Origin: Malacoraja senta
Lineage: Eukaryota
DNA length: 64,000 nucleotides
Reading direction: 5' to 3'
NCBI GenBank assembly: GCA_038087875.1
Contig: CM075998.1
Coordinates: 6,760,001-6,824,000, forward strand
Positions 25,501-37,500 of this stretch are shown piece by piece. Each line of letters begins with the position of its first letter. Within the stretch, counting starts at the first letter, position 1. The notes beneath the pieces were generated by a model. The model worked only from the letters and a program-made list of their open reading frames with translations, searched no databases and was not told where the DNA came from. A program made the position numbers and the translations under genes.

Positions 25501-28500
25501 CCATACATATTATATATATCCATACATATATATATATCCATACATATGTATAATATATATATACTCACACATACTCAAAAAAACATACAATAGTAGTGCA
25601 ATAATAATAGTCTATTGAAGTTCAGAGCTTATTTGAGGTTGTAGTGTTTAATAGCCTGTAGGGAAGAAGCTGTTCCAGAATCTGAACTTTGCAGTTTTCA
25701 GGCTCCTGTACCTTCTTCCCGATAGCAGGGGTGAAATGAGAGCATTGCCTGGATGGAGTGGGTCTCTGATGATGCTGGCTGTCTTTTTGTGGCAGCAACT
25801 ACGATAAATCCCTTTGATGGTGCGGAGGTCAGAGCCGGTGATGGACTGGGCAGTGTTCACAACTTTTTGCAGTCTTTTCCGCTCCTGGGCGTTCAAGTTG
25901 CCAATAGACAATAGGTGCAGGAGTCGGCCATTCGACCCTTCGAGCCAGCACTGCCATTCAATGTGATCATGGCTGATCATCCCCAATCAGTACCCCGTTC
26001 CTGCCTTCTCCCCATATCCCCTGACTCCGCTATCTTTTAGAGCCCTATCTAGCTCTCTCTCGAAAGTATCCAGAGAACCAGCCTCCACCGCCATCTGAGG
26101 CAGAGAATTCCACAGACTCACAACTCTGTGTGAAAAAGTGTTTCCTCATCTCCGTTCTAAATGGCTTACCCCTTATTTTACTTCGGAGTCACGTGAAGAA
26201 GACCCGTCAGGGCACCTGCGCGTCATTATGTCAGACGCATTGGCGCGAACGGACGTGAGGAGCAGCGCTCCTCTAGTGGAAATGTAGTTGTAAACTACTA
26301 GGTGAGTAAAAAACTTTTTTAGATATTTCCGGGTCCGTTTGCTATGGGTCTGTGGGGATTTTTCCACAGGTACCATGGAAAAAACAGACAAGGGGAAGAG
26401 GCGAGCGGCAAAGCCGGTAGAAAGTCGCAAGATTGCGGTCGGCAAACAGCTGCCTCAGACCCCTGTACAGTCGCCGGCTGGGAGCGTAACGACTGTGGAC
26501 TTGGGGTTGAAAATAACTCAGTCAGCATCAGTGGGGCGGGGCGCAAGGCTAAAGTCAAGTCCATGAGGCCCACGGAGGGAGGATGCGACTCCAGGGCTGG
26601 ATACCGCTTTTGGAGCGGATTTCTCAGATGAAAAGCCTGTTACACAAGTTACTGGAGAAAAGCACACTCAGGGACAGTGTAGCCAAAGCCAGGCTCCAGA
26701 AGCCAGGTCAGCAGCACCTAGCAAAGGGCTGTTTTTAGAGCACCCTCATTGATGAGGCGCGTGCATAGGGTCAGCAGAGTTTTTCCAAAACAAGCGAAGA
26801 CGGCAGATGCCAGATGTTCTATTCCTGGTAGTACGATTCGCTGTTCTGTGAGAGTTCTGACCCTGAGTCTGACGGTGAGGCCGATACAAGCGAAGACGGC
26901 AGCTGCCAGATGTTTACTCCTGGCAGTACGATTCACTGCCCCGTCAGAGTCAGGAGAGCCACTGGGAAAGGAAGTGGCCTCTGCGATCAACTATTGTGTC
27001 TTTCATCAGCTCTAGTAGCTTACGATGGATGAAAATGCCCAAAAAGCACGAGACCCCAAGGAACTGCGTATTGCTGAAAGTACTAGCAGTGAACCAAGAT
27101 AAAAGGGTCAGATGGGCGAAGGCATGTGAGCCTAAGAAAAGTAAAACTGCAGAGAATATTGAAGCTGCTGGGTTGATGAACAACTGCAATTTGCAAAACA
27201 ATGGATGGGGATGCATCAAGTGGCACTAGGGTTGCTATGTAGCGCCCACTTCGAGATGAATTGTTTCAGGAAGTATGCCATTCGGCCCAACATCAACCCC
27301 AAGTTGCAGCAACTCTGTAAAGCCCAGCAATGTGCAGTCATTCAACTTATTCTTCAGAGAAAAAACCTCATGAAACGTGGGAAAGTTGGATGATGAGGCA
27401 AAACAGCAAACTTGATCAAAACATCAATGGTCGGCAAGTCTGCAAAGAGGAGGTATCCTTTCAGACATCATACAAAATCCTGGGCCTACACCAGGAACAA
27501 ATCAACCATTGAAGCAGGGGCGCAGTTGGTGTCCTGCCAGCAGGAAAACGAAAAAGCCAGGGACCACAGGTCACTCAGGTGACAAAGGAGGTAGGTGGAC
27601 CTGGTTCTCATGGGAACATATTAAGGCAAAAAACAGCCAAATATTGGAAGCAAATTACTTCAGAGTTATTATTCTGAGTATTATTCAAAGGTTTCGAATT
27701 GATTCGATTCAAATACTGATTTTGCCATCCAGCATGTTCCAAGCAGAACACTCCAATTTCACATAAAAAAGAATTGATGGAGGTTCAAGCTGAATTGAAA
27801 ACTTGTCTATAGACAAGTAATTGAAAGGTCGGTTTATCAAAACCACCAAATTGTGTTTACAATTTCTCAACCTAAAAAGGTGAGGAGTATTTTAGATCTG
27901 ACAAGTCTTTAAAATTTTGTGAAGTATAGACACTTCAAAATGGAGACTTTGAGACTGGCAAACAACTTATTTCAAAAGATGTTATATGGCACCTATAGAT
28001 CTGAAAGATGTATATTACTTAGTGTCTGTTCATTTGTAAGATAAAAATATTAGAAATTTATCTGAATGAACAATTATGGCAATTCAAAGTTCTGTCTAAT
28101 GGGTTAACTTCAGTTCCTAGAATTTCACTAAATTGGTAAAACCAATTTTGGGGCTAATTAGAGTCCAAGGACAGATGTGGATGGCTTAACTGGATGATGT
28201 CCTAATTAGGACGAACAAGAGAATTAGTGAGTTATCTCTCTCAATTGTTCAATCCACTTTTGAAAGTTTGGGGTTTAATTCATCCAGAGAAATCAAGGTT
28301 AACGCCACTTACAACAATTGATTATTTCACAATTGATTCAATTGACAGGGTAGTAATTTACCCAGGGTAAAGGGTAGAGCTAATTGATGGTTGCATTAAG
28401 CTGTTGGAAAAGCAACAATCTTCAATTTAGACAGGTGGCCAGCTTGCTAGGAAAATTAGTGTTATTTCCAGCAATACAATATGGGCCATTGTACTACCAG

Positions 28501-31500
28501 CAGCTACAGACTGCAAAAAGAAAAGACACTAAGATGCATGGTGGCCATTTTTGATAGGCCATGCAGTTAAACAACAAATGCTGCTTCTGATTGCAGTAGT
28601 GGATTTAACATGTCTCCAGTAGTTCAAGCAAGATACTGATTGAACAGCCTTCCATGGTCTTACAGACTGATGCCAGTGCACTAGGAATGTGCCACTGAAA
28701 AGGTATCCATCTGTGGACAGATGGAATATGGAAGAAGTATTATTTTGCAGACATGGAGAATCGACGTTTTATAGCTATTGGAAGGCTTATGAGCTCCAAG
28801 CTTGTTGTTAAATACAACTAATCTGCATGTTCAGTTTTCAAATTAACAATACTACAGCAATGGCATGAATTAATTGTATGGGTGGAATTAAGTAGGTGTC
28901 ATATGACAAATTGGCTAATCAAATCTGGACTTGGTGTGTTGACAAATATTTGGTTTCAGCTATTTATCTACTAGGTAGATTCAATATAGTAGCAGACACC
29001 AGGTTATGGGAATTACCATGATAACAAAGAATGGATGTTGAACCTTAAGATTTTAATGATATAGTAGTCAGATTTGGGAAGCCAGATATGACTTGTTTCC
29101 ATCCAGACTCAATCACCAGTTACAGAGATATGTGTTATGGGACTACATCGGGAGACAGTAGCGATTGATGTTTCTCGCTACATTAGGATGGTATGTTTTT
29201 ATATGCATTTTCCATCATTGTGTCTCATAAACCGGTGTCTGCTTAAAATGAAGCAGTATGCTGCCTCTGGGGTACTGGTGGTACCAGACTGGTCTACGCA
29301 GCCATGGTTCCCTTTGATATTGGAATTTATGAGACAGTTTCTGATAAAGGTTCCCAAAAGAAGGGAGTTACTGGTGTATCAGATAATTGGAGAGTAACAT
29401 CCGTTATATGCCTGTATGGATCTGTTAATTTGGAGGTTTTAAAAAAGAGGATTGTCTGGGCATGCTGTGGACATGCTTACAGCAGTCTGGCGGAAGAGTA
29501 CTCAAAAGCAGTACATTTGCGAATCTGAGTTGTGACTCTGTAAATGCTGCTTTCCCATTATGTAAAGAATGGGGAAAAATTTTCTGTGTATAAAATATGG
29601 AATGTTGTCCGGCACATGTCTCAAATGTCTTGGGTTTTCTCAACACTCTATTTAAGGGGTTGAGTTATAGTGCGATTTATTCAGACAGAAGTATATTATT
29701 CTTTGTTTTTTATTGATGAGGTTGGAAAGACATCCTGTTGAGTCTCGTTCTTTCATTTCCAGATTAATGAAAGGAATTTTAATTCCAGACCTTCTAAACC
29801 TAGGATGGGAATCTGGAATATAGAGTTGTTTTAAGTTACTTCATCATTTGGCCAAGTTCAGCATGAAGGTAGTCATGCTTATGGCACTTGTAACAAGCAC
29901 AGAGAGTGCAGACATTACAAAGGTTACAGATACACAGGATGGAAGTACCTCAGGATTATGTTATGTTTTACATTTTATGACCTACTCAAATGAAGTAGGA
30001 TCAGGTGTGACAGGATTCAAGAGCATATTCCATGGATCCATGTCTATGTGTTAAGACATATTTGTTGCAATACATTGAGGCTACAAAGATCTTATGAAAT
30101 ATGAAATCAAGATTGTTTATCATTCACGAAAAACCATACAAGATAGTGTCAGTTCAGACTATTTTAAGATGGTTAAAAACAAGTTTTGGTTGCTGCAGGT
30201 GTGAACATTGATGGTTTTACATTCCATTTAATTTAGCAGCAACATTGGCGACCAGGGCGAAGGACGTCCCGTCGACCATATTTTCACAGCCGCCGGGTGA
30301 TCTAATAAGTTGGTGTTTCAACACTTTTACTATCGGCCTATTGCCAATACGGGGCTGTTTACAAATATTATATTAAGTTCTGCTTAAATTTCCCTGGGTT
30401 AAAGGGGATACTGTTAATTCTTTTATTCAAATAAATGAATTACTGCATTTGTCATGCAAATGTCATTATTAATGCATTATTGATTATTTCTCATTCTGAG
30501 TCAATCAATGCAGCGAGAAGCCGGGATTTGTATCTGCGGCATGAAATCACAAAGCTTTAAAATCTTCACGTAGTCACTCACGTGACTCCGAAGTAAAATA
30601 GTAAGATTAAGTGAGAACTTACCAGTTTGAAGTTTGATCTTTATTTTATGAGGAGTTGCGTTGGTGATTACGTGCCCACCACGCCCAACCCTCTATCATA
30701 AAGGTCAGATGGAAGTTCTTAATTTACTCGTTTTATTAGGTTACTATATTACTTCGTTCTTGTTGTTTGTGATTTCACAACGCTGCTTTGAAGATTGACG
30801 CGCAGGCGCCCTGACGGGTCTTCTTCACGTAATCACCAACGTAACTCCTCATAAAATAAAGATCAAACTTCAAACTGGTAAGTTCTCGTTTAATCTTACT
30901 ATTCTTAAACTGTGGCCCCTGGTTCTGGACTCCCCCAACATCGGGAACATGTTTCCTGCCTCTAGCGTGTCCAAACCCTTTATAATCTTATTTGTTTCAA
31001 TAAGATACCCTCTCATCCTTCTAAATTCCAGAGTATACAAGCCCAGCGGCTCCATTCTCTCAGCATATGACAGTCCCGCCATCCCGGGAATTAACCTTGT
31101 AAACCTACGCTGCACTCCCTCAATAGCAAGAATGTCCTTCATCAAATTAGGGGACAAGGCCACGATGCAACCAGTCAGCATGCTCTCTACTGTACATCTG
31201 TAGAAGTTCAAGAGAATCCACTCTGACATTCCAAATCTCCTTAATCTTCTCAGGAAGTAGAGGCGTTGATGTGCTTTATTTATTATTGCATCAGTGTGCT
31301 GGGTCCAGGAAAGATCTTCGGAAATATGCACGCCCAGGAATTAGACGTTTTTGACTCTCTCCACCATCGTCCCATTGATGTAAACAGGGTTGTGGGTTCT
31401 CATCCTTCCTCTTCCAAAGTCCACAATCAGTTCCTTGGTCTTACTGACATTGAGAGCCAGGTTGTTGTGCTGGCACCATTTGGTCAAACGGTCGATCTCA

Positions 31501-34500
31501 CTTCTATACTCTGACTCATCACCATCTGTAATTCGTCCAACAACGGTGGTGTCGTCGGCGAACTTGAAGTTGGAGTTCTCACTATGTCCAGCTACACAGT
31601 CATGAGTATAGAGTGAGTACAGCAGGGGGCTGAGCACACAGCCTTGAGGTGCTCCCGTGCTGATTGTCAATGAGGAAGAAGTGTTTCTGCCAATTCGAAC
31701 AGACTGTGGTCTGTGGATGAGGAAGTCGAGGGTCCAATTGCAGAGGAATGCGCAGACCCAGTTCCATGAGCTTGGTAACCAGTTTTTTTTTAATTGTATT
31801 TTTTAATCAAAAATATTTATTCAAATATTAAAATAATATTTACAAGACAATAAAACAAAATAGAACCCACCACAATAATACAAGACAAACGATAAACTAT
31901 TATACAACTATGTTACAATCCTTGTCAAGGATGCATACAACCCCCCGCGGTGCCCAGTGGTCCCGGAAATCCCCCAGGGTGCCCGTGGACAGCGCCTGCT
32001 CCCTCTCTTTTTATTTATTTATTTTTTTATTTTTTATTTTATTTTATTAGAAGTGAGTACAGTAATGTGGCACCAAGGTGCCTAATATATATTGACAGGT
32101 TACATTTTATGTACAGCTTCTTATTTTTATTTTTTTAATAATGAAAGCGAAAAAGAGAGAATAGATAATAAAAGATAGAAAAACATGTGATATATGGTGT
32201 GTGAAAAGGAAAAAGGGGGGTAAGAGGAAAAGTGAAGAAAAGAAAAGAAGAAAGAGAAATAGTAGAGAGTAGGAAATTAAGGAGATGGTTATTTATATTC
32301 TTGACCATCCTTCACCCAGTCCTGAAACAATTGGTTTCTACGATTTTGTTGCACCATATGCTTCCAAGAAGTCGACAAATGGAGACCAACTCGTTAAGAA
32401 TTGGTCTGATTTATCTATTAGGAGGAATCGCATTTCCTCAAGATGTGCGGTGTCCAACATGTTTGAAATCCACATTTTAAGCGTTGGTATGTATTTTTCC
32501 AATATTTAAGTATACGTTTTTTTGCCATTATTAACCCATAATTAAAAAATAAATTTTGAAATGTGTTCAATTTGTTCCCGTCTTCCGTTACTCCAAGTAT
32601 AATCATTTCAGTATTAGGTTCCATTTTTATCTTGATCATGCTCCCTCTCTAACACCACCCGGGCATGGACGTAACCCGGGACAAGGGACAGGCAGCTGGC
32701 TCGGGTACAGCCCTCCACCGCCTGGTGCCGTGACTGGCCAGCTTGGCCAGGCCCAGGAGCAACCCAACCAGAACATCCTCGGCCCTACCCTCTCCCCTAT
32801 GCACAGGGTGTCCAAAGATGAGGATGGTGGGTGAAAAATGCAGCCAGAAGGCAAGGAGCAGCCCCTTTAGGTATTGAAACGGGGGCTGCAGCCTCACGCA
32901 CTCCATGTACATGTGGAACGCAGACTCTTCCAGCCCGCAAAAGTGGCAGGCGGCTGGTGAGTCCGTCAACCGCGAGTGAAACTGGTTGCAAGGGACTCCT
33001 CGGTGCAGTACCCTCCATCCTAGGTCCCCGATTGGTAACCTGCTTGGAGGGGATGATGGTATTGAACACTGAGCTGTAGTCTACAAACAGCCTAACGTAA
33101 GTGTTTTTATTGTCCAAGTGGTCCAATGCGGAGTGGAGAGCCAGTGAGATTGCATCCTCCGTGACCTGTTGTGGCGGTATGCGAACTATAGTGGGTCGAG
33201 GTTCTTGTCGAGGTAGGAGTTGATGTGCAACATAACCAACCTCTCGAAGCACTTCATCACCACGGACGTTAGTGCCACTGGTCGATAGTCATTGAGGCAC
33301 GTCACCTTGCTCTTCTTGGGCACCGGTATTATTGTTGCCCTCTTAAAGCAGGTGGGAACCTCAGACCTCAGAAGTGAGAGGTTGAAAATATCTGCAAAAA
33401 CCCCAGCCAGTTGGTCCGCACAGGTTTTTAAAACCCGCCCGGGTATACCATCAGGTCCAGGCGCTTTCCGAGGGTTCACCCCCCTGAAGGATCTTCTGAC
33501 GTCGGTCTCTGTGACTGAGACTGTAACACCATCAGGGCGTATGGGGGCTTGGGAAGGCACATCAGTGTTCTCCCTATCAAAGCATGTGTGCGTAGAACGC
33601 ATTGAGCTCGTCAGGGAGTGATGCTTCGTTGTCGCTTGAGCTGCCTCCTGATTTCGCCTTGTAGGAGGTGATTGCATTCAGGCCCTGCCACAGCCGCCAA
33701 ACATATGTCTCATCCTCCAGCTTTGAGCGGAAGTCCCTTTTGGCCTTTTTGATGGCCTTACCAAGGTCGTATCTGGACTTCTTGTAGACCACTGTATCAT
33801 CAGACCTGAATGCCCGGGATCTCGTCCTCGGAAGAATGCGGATCTCATGGTTCATCCAAGGCTTCTGATTGGGAAACACTCGGAAGGTTTTTGTTGGGAT
33901 TCAGTCCTCCACACATTTCCTTGTGAAGTCTGTAACGACTGTGGCGTATTCGTTCAGGTGCGTTGCCAGGTCCTTGAACATTACCCAGTCTACAGACTCC
34001 AAGCAGTCCCGGGGTTGTTCCTCTGCCCCCCCCGACCATTTGTGGCCATCACTGTGTTTTACTGGAGAGCCATGTTTAGGTTTTCCAATTGTACTGTGTG
34101 TTATCATAGTTCACAAATGACAACTCAGACCTTTTGTTTCAAAAGGGGAGACCAGTAGTTTGCTGACTTACCCATAGGATCAAAGCTCTGGAAATAGTTT
34201 GGGCAATGCTGCACAGAGGTTGATCCGGCGGGAGTGTCGTCCCAACACAGCCATCCATCCCAAGTACGGTTGCAGTAGGAACCTGTGGAAAACAGTGCTT
34301 TAATCTCCACTTTCTGCCTTTCTCACTGGTCCATTGAACGTCTCCTACTTTTTCACGCTGAACACCAAACATCCCATGCTGGACAATCTTCCCTCTGCAT
34401 CATAGCGCTGTAGCTGGAACAGAATACTGGCTCCAGGTACTTAAGCACGTAAACCAGGCGGACACACGAGTGGGGAACTATATGTCTCCCAGGCGAGACA

Positions 34501-37500
34501 TTAACCCGAGGCTGTCAAGTGGCTGTAAGGCAATCCAGGGGTACTGTTTGAAGGTATAATACCTAGTGCTTCACTAAAAGCAGGTTATCCAGTGACACCC
34601 TCATTTTTGATTTAGGATCATGCTGTGCACAAAACTGTATGCAACAGAAGAGCATTTAATTTTGTGGCCAATTTTGAGACATCTGAGATAAAGGTATCAT
34701 CTCAAGCCCACTCTACTATATTGAAAAGTAGAACTCTGGCTTTGCATCTTAAATTGTTTTTAAAAAATTAGATTTTCCAAACTACCCAGCTTCTTACTCT
34801 ATGTCTTGCTTTCTAATGAAATACCACCAGGGGCCCCGCCAACAGTCTGTCTGTTTTTTTGGCTTTTTAACATTTTTAGTGTATGTTCAGTTTCTGTAAA
34901 TGTTCTCCGGTTTGTTTTATGTGGGGGGAGGGGGAGGGGGTCTGGGGAAACTTGTTTTCAGTTTCTTACCACCTTGCCGGAGATGCGAATGTTTTCCTGA
35001 TCGTATCTCCGGTCGCTCTGCGGCCCAACATCGATAGACCTGGGGACCTCCTCGGACTGACTAACATCAGAGCCCATCCCTTGCCTGCAGACTTTACCAT
35101 TGCGAGCTCGCAGTTTCGGGAGAGACCGAGTCGGGACGCTCCAACGACGCAGAGGCTCGACCAGCCCCGACACGGGGTCCGATCGCCGGTGCGGGGGAGC
35201 TGACATCCCCCTGATGCAGGAGCTGATTGCTTCGACGCGGAGGGCCCAAACGCCGTCGGCTACGGGAGTCAAGATTGTCCCGTCAACGGAGGGCTTGAGG
35301 CCCCCGACCACGGGAGAGCAAAGAAGGGAAGAGATTTTAACTCTTTTTCACCTTCCATCACAGTGAGGAATGTGGAGGAGTCACTGTGGTGGATGTTTAT
35401 GTTAAAATGTATTTTGTGTGTTCCGTTGCTTTTTATTTGTATGACTGACCTGGCCAATGGAATTCCTCGTATGTTGCAAAACATACTTGGCTAATAAAGT
35501 TTTATAGAGGTGTACAAAATCATGAGAGGAATAGATCGGTAGACGCACAGAGTCTCTTGCCCAGAGTAGGGGAATCGAGGACCAGAGGCACAGGTTTAAG
35601 GTGAGGGGGGAAAGATTAAATAGGAATCTGAGGGGTAACTTTTTCACACACAGCGTGGAGGGTGAATGGAACGCACTGCCAGAGGAGGTAGTTGAGGCAG
35701 GGACTATCACAATGTTTAAGAAACATTTAGACGGGTACATGGATAGGACAAGTTTAGTGGGATATGGGCCAAAGACATCAAGTAGTGTAGATGGGTCATC
35801 ATGGTGGGCACGTTGGGCCAAAGGGCCTGTTTCCATGCTGTGTGACTTTCTGACACATTAACGCCATTCATCAATAAAAAAGATCTTGCTGAGAACAAGG
35901 CACAATAGGGAATGAGGAAAATATAAATTAGATTGTCTCCACGGAAAAAGCAGAGGCTGTGTCATGCCTTCAGCACAATACAATATTCCACAGCACTTCA
36001 CTGCACAGTGAAGAAAATGTGAAAATTGCTACATGATGGATCTGTTGACCAAATCTGGGCCTGAAGGGTAAAAGTCAGGGGACAACCCAATGTAGCCAGT
36101 GCCAGTGTGAAAGGATAGTGAGTCAGTGCCTGTATCACACTCTTTCCTAATATAATTTAACAAACAAAAATATGTTAAGCCTGTTTAGCTTAAGATTGGT
36201 ACGAAATTTTGCCAGGTTAACTAATGTGTGTGTACATACCTTTTGTTTCATAAGGTGGGTCCCTTATGATTTTTAAGTAGCATTTATATTGTGCTGACAT
36301 TATTGTGGTCCGTGATTCAGTCAGTAATGCGGGCAGACTTGCTGTTTCTCCATTGGGATGAATTGTGGTGTGTACACAACAGGCTGACTGGAAAGAAAAA
36401 GCATTTCTTCAAAGCTCAGCTTTTCAAAGCCCTTCATGAACTATTATGCAGTTGTAATGTTTGTTTCTCTATTTCATTAACTTGCATGCTGCAATCTGTC
36501 ATATTTGCTACGTTTGCTTCCAAAGAGAAAGCCCCCACTTCATATTTCACAACACAAAGCAGAACTACTTAAATGTGAAAGTAAGGCAGCAATGATAGAC
36601 ACAAAATGGTGGAGTAACTCAGCGGGACAGGAAGCATCTCTGGAGAGATGGAATGGATGACATTTCGGGTCGAGACCATTCTTCGGAGTCTGAAGAAGGG
36701 TCTCAACCCGAAACGTCACCCATTCCTTCTCTCCAGAGACGCTGCCTGTCCTGCTGAGTTACTCCAGCACTTTGTGTCTATCTTCAATTCCTTTCTACCC
36801 AAAGTAAGGCTGCAGTTGGTTTGACAATTTACTGTTTTGCTGCTGAGTCAGGCCGACCAACACAGTTTCAGGTTTAATCACCCCCAGTACTAAAGTCAAG
36901 ATCCGGTGTAACAGTCTCTTGGAAATCCAGATGAGCAAAATCTCAACACTAAACTAAAAAATCAATTACATTTTCCAAACATAATTTTCCACCTATAAAG
37001 CCACATAGACATATGTTTCTTAATAATGGATTCCAGCATTTTTCCCAATGCCAATGTCACTTAATAGGCCTATCTTTCTCTGATACACAATAAACCCAGA
37101 AACACTCAGCAGGTCAGGTAGCAGCTTTAGAGAGAGAAACAGTTACTGTTTTAGGTCCATAAACCTTTGTCAGAACTGAGACAGGGTTTGAAGGAGAAGT
37201 TATTCAACGTGAGTACAGGTTCAGCCAAGCTAATTAGTGTGTTGGTGCAGGATAACTGGCTGTGCCTCTGTTTCAGGAAGATGTGGAGGGCCCTCACACC
37301 ATGTGATGTGGATGGATTGTAGATTTGTGGTGAAGATGAACCACAAGATTTCCTTGGGTTCAAGGAAATGGAATCTGTTGAACCTCTTTCTCAGTTTTGA
37401 TGAAGGGCTCCAGAACGGAAACATTAACTGTTTGTGTCTCGCCAGATGCTGGCTGATCTGCCGAGTGTTTTTTTTTTTTAATTTCAAAGTTCTAGCATTT

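Larger units (their letters stand above)
23178..34060 (-). mobile_element. Rex1/Babar-type LINE in four pieces (23178-23340, 25563-25903, 31153-31780, 33032-34060), host of nested insertions
   Basis: RT motifs [59 protein letters not shown]; pieces are collinear across the insertions; 3' tail gacacaggacaataaaac. Confidence 0.85.

Noticed and set aside
30870..31331. 153-aa RT ORF as one element
   Set aside because: Chimera across the Rex1/CR1 junction near 31153 and into the DIRS end.
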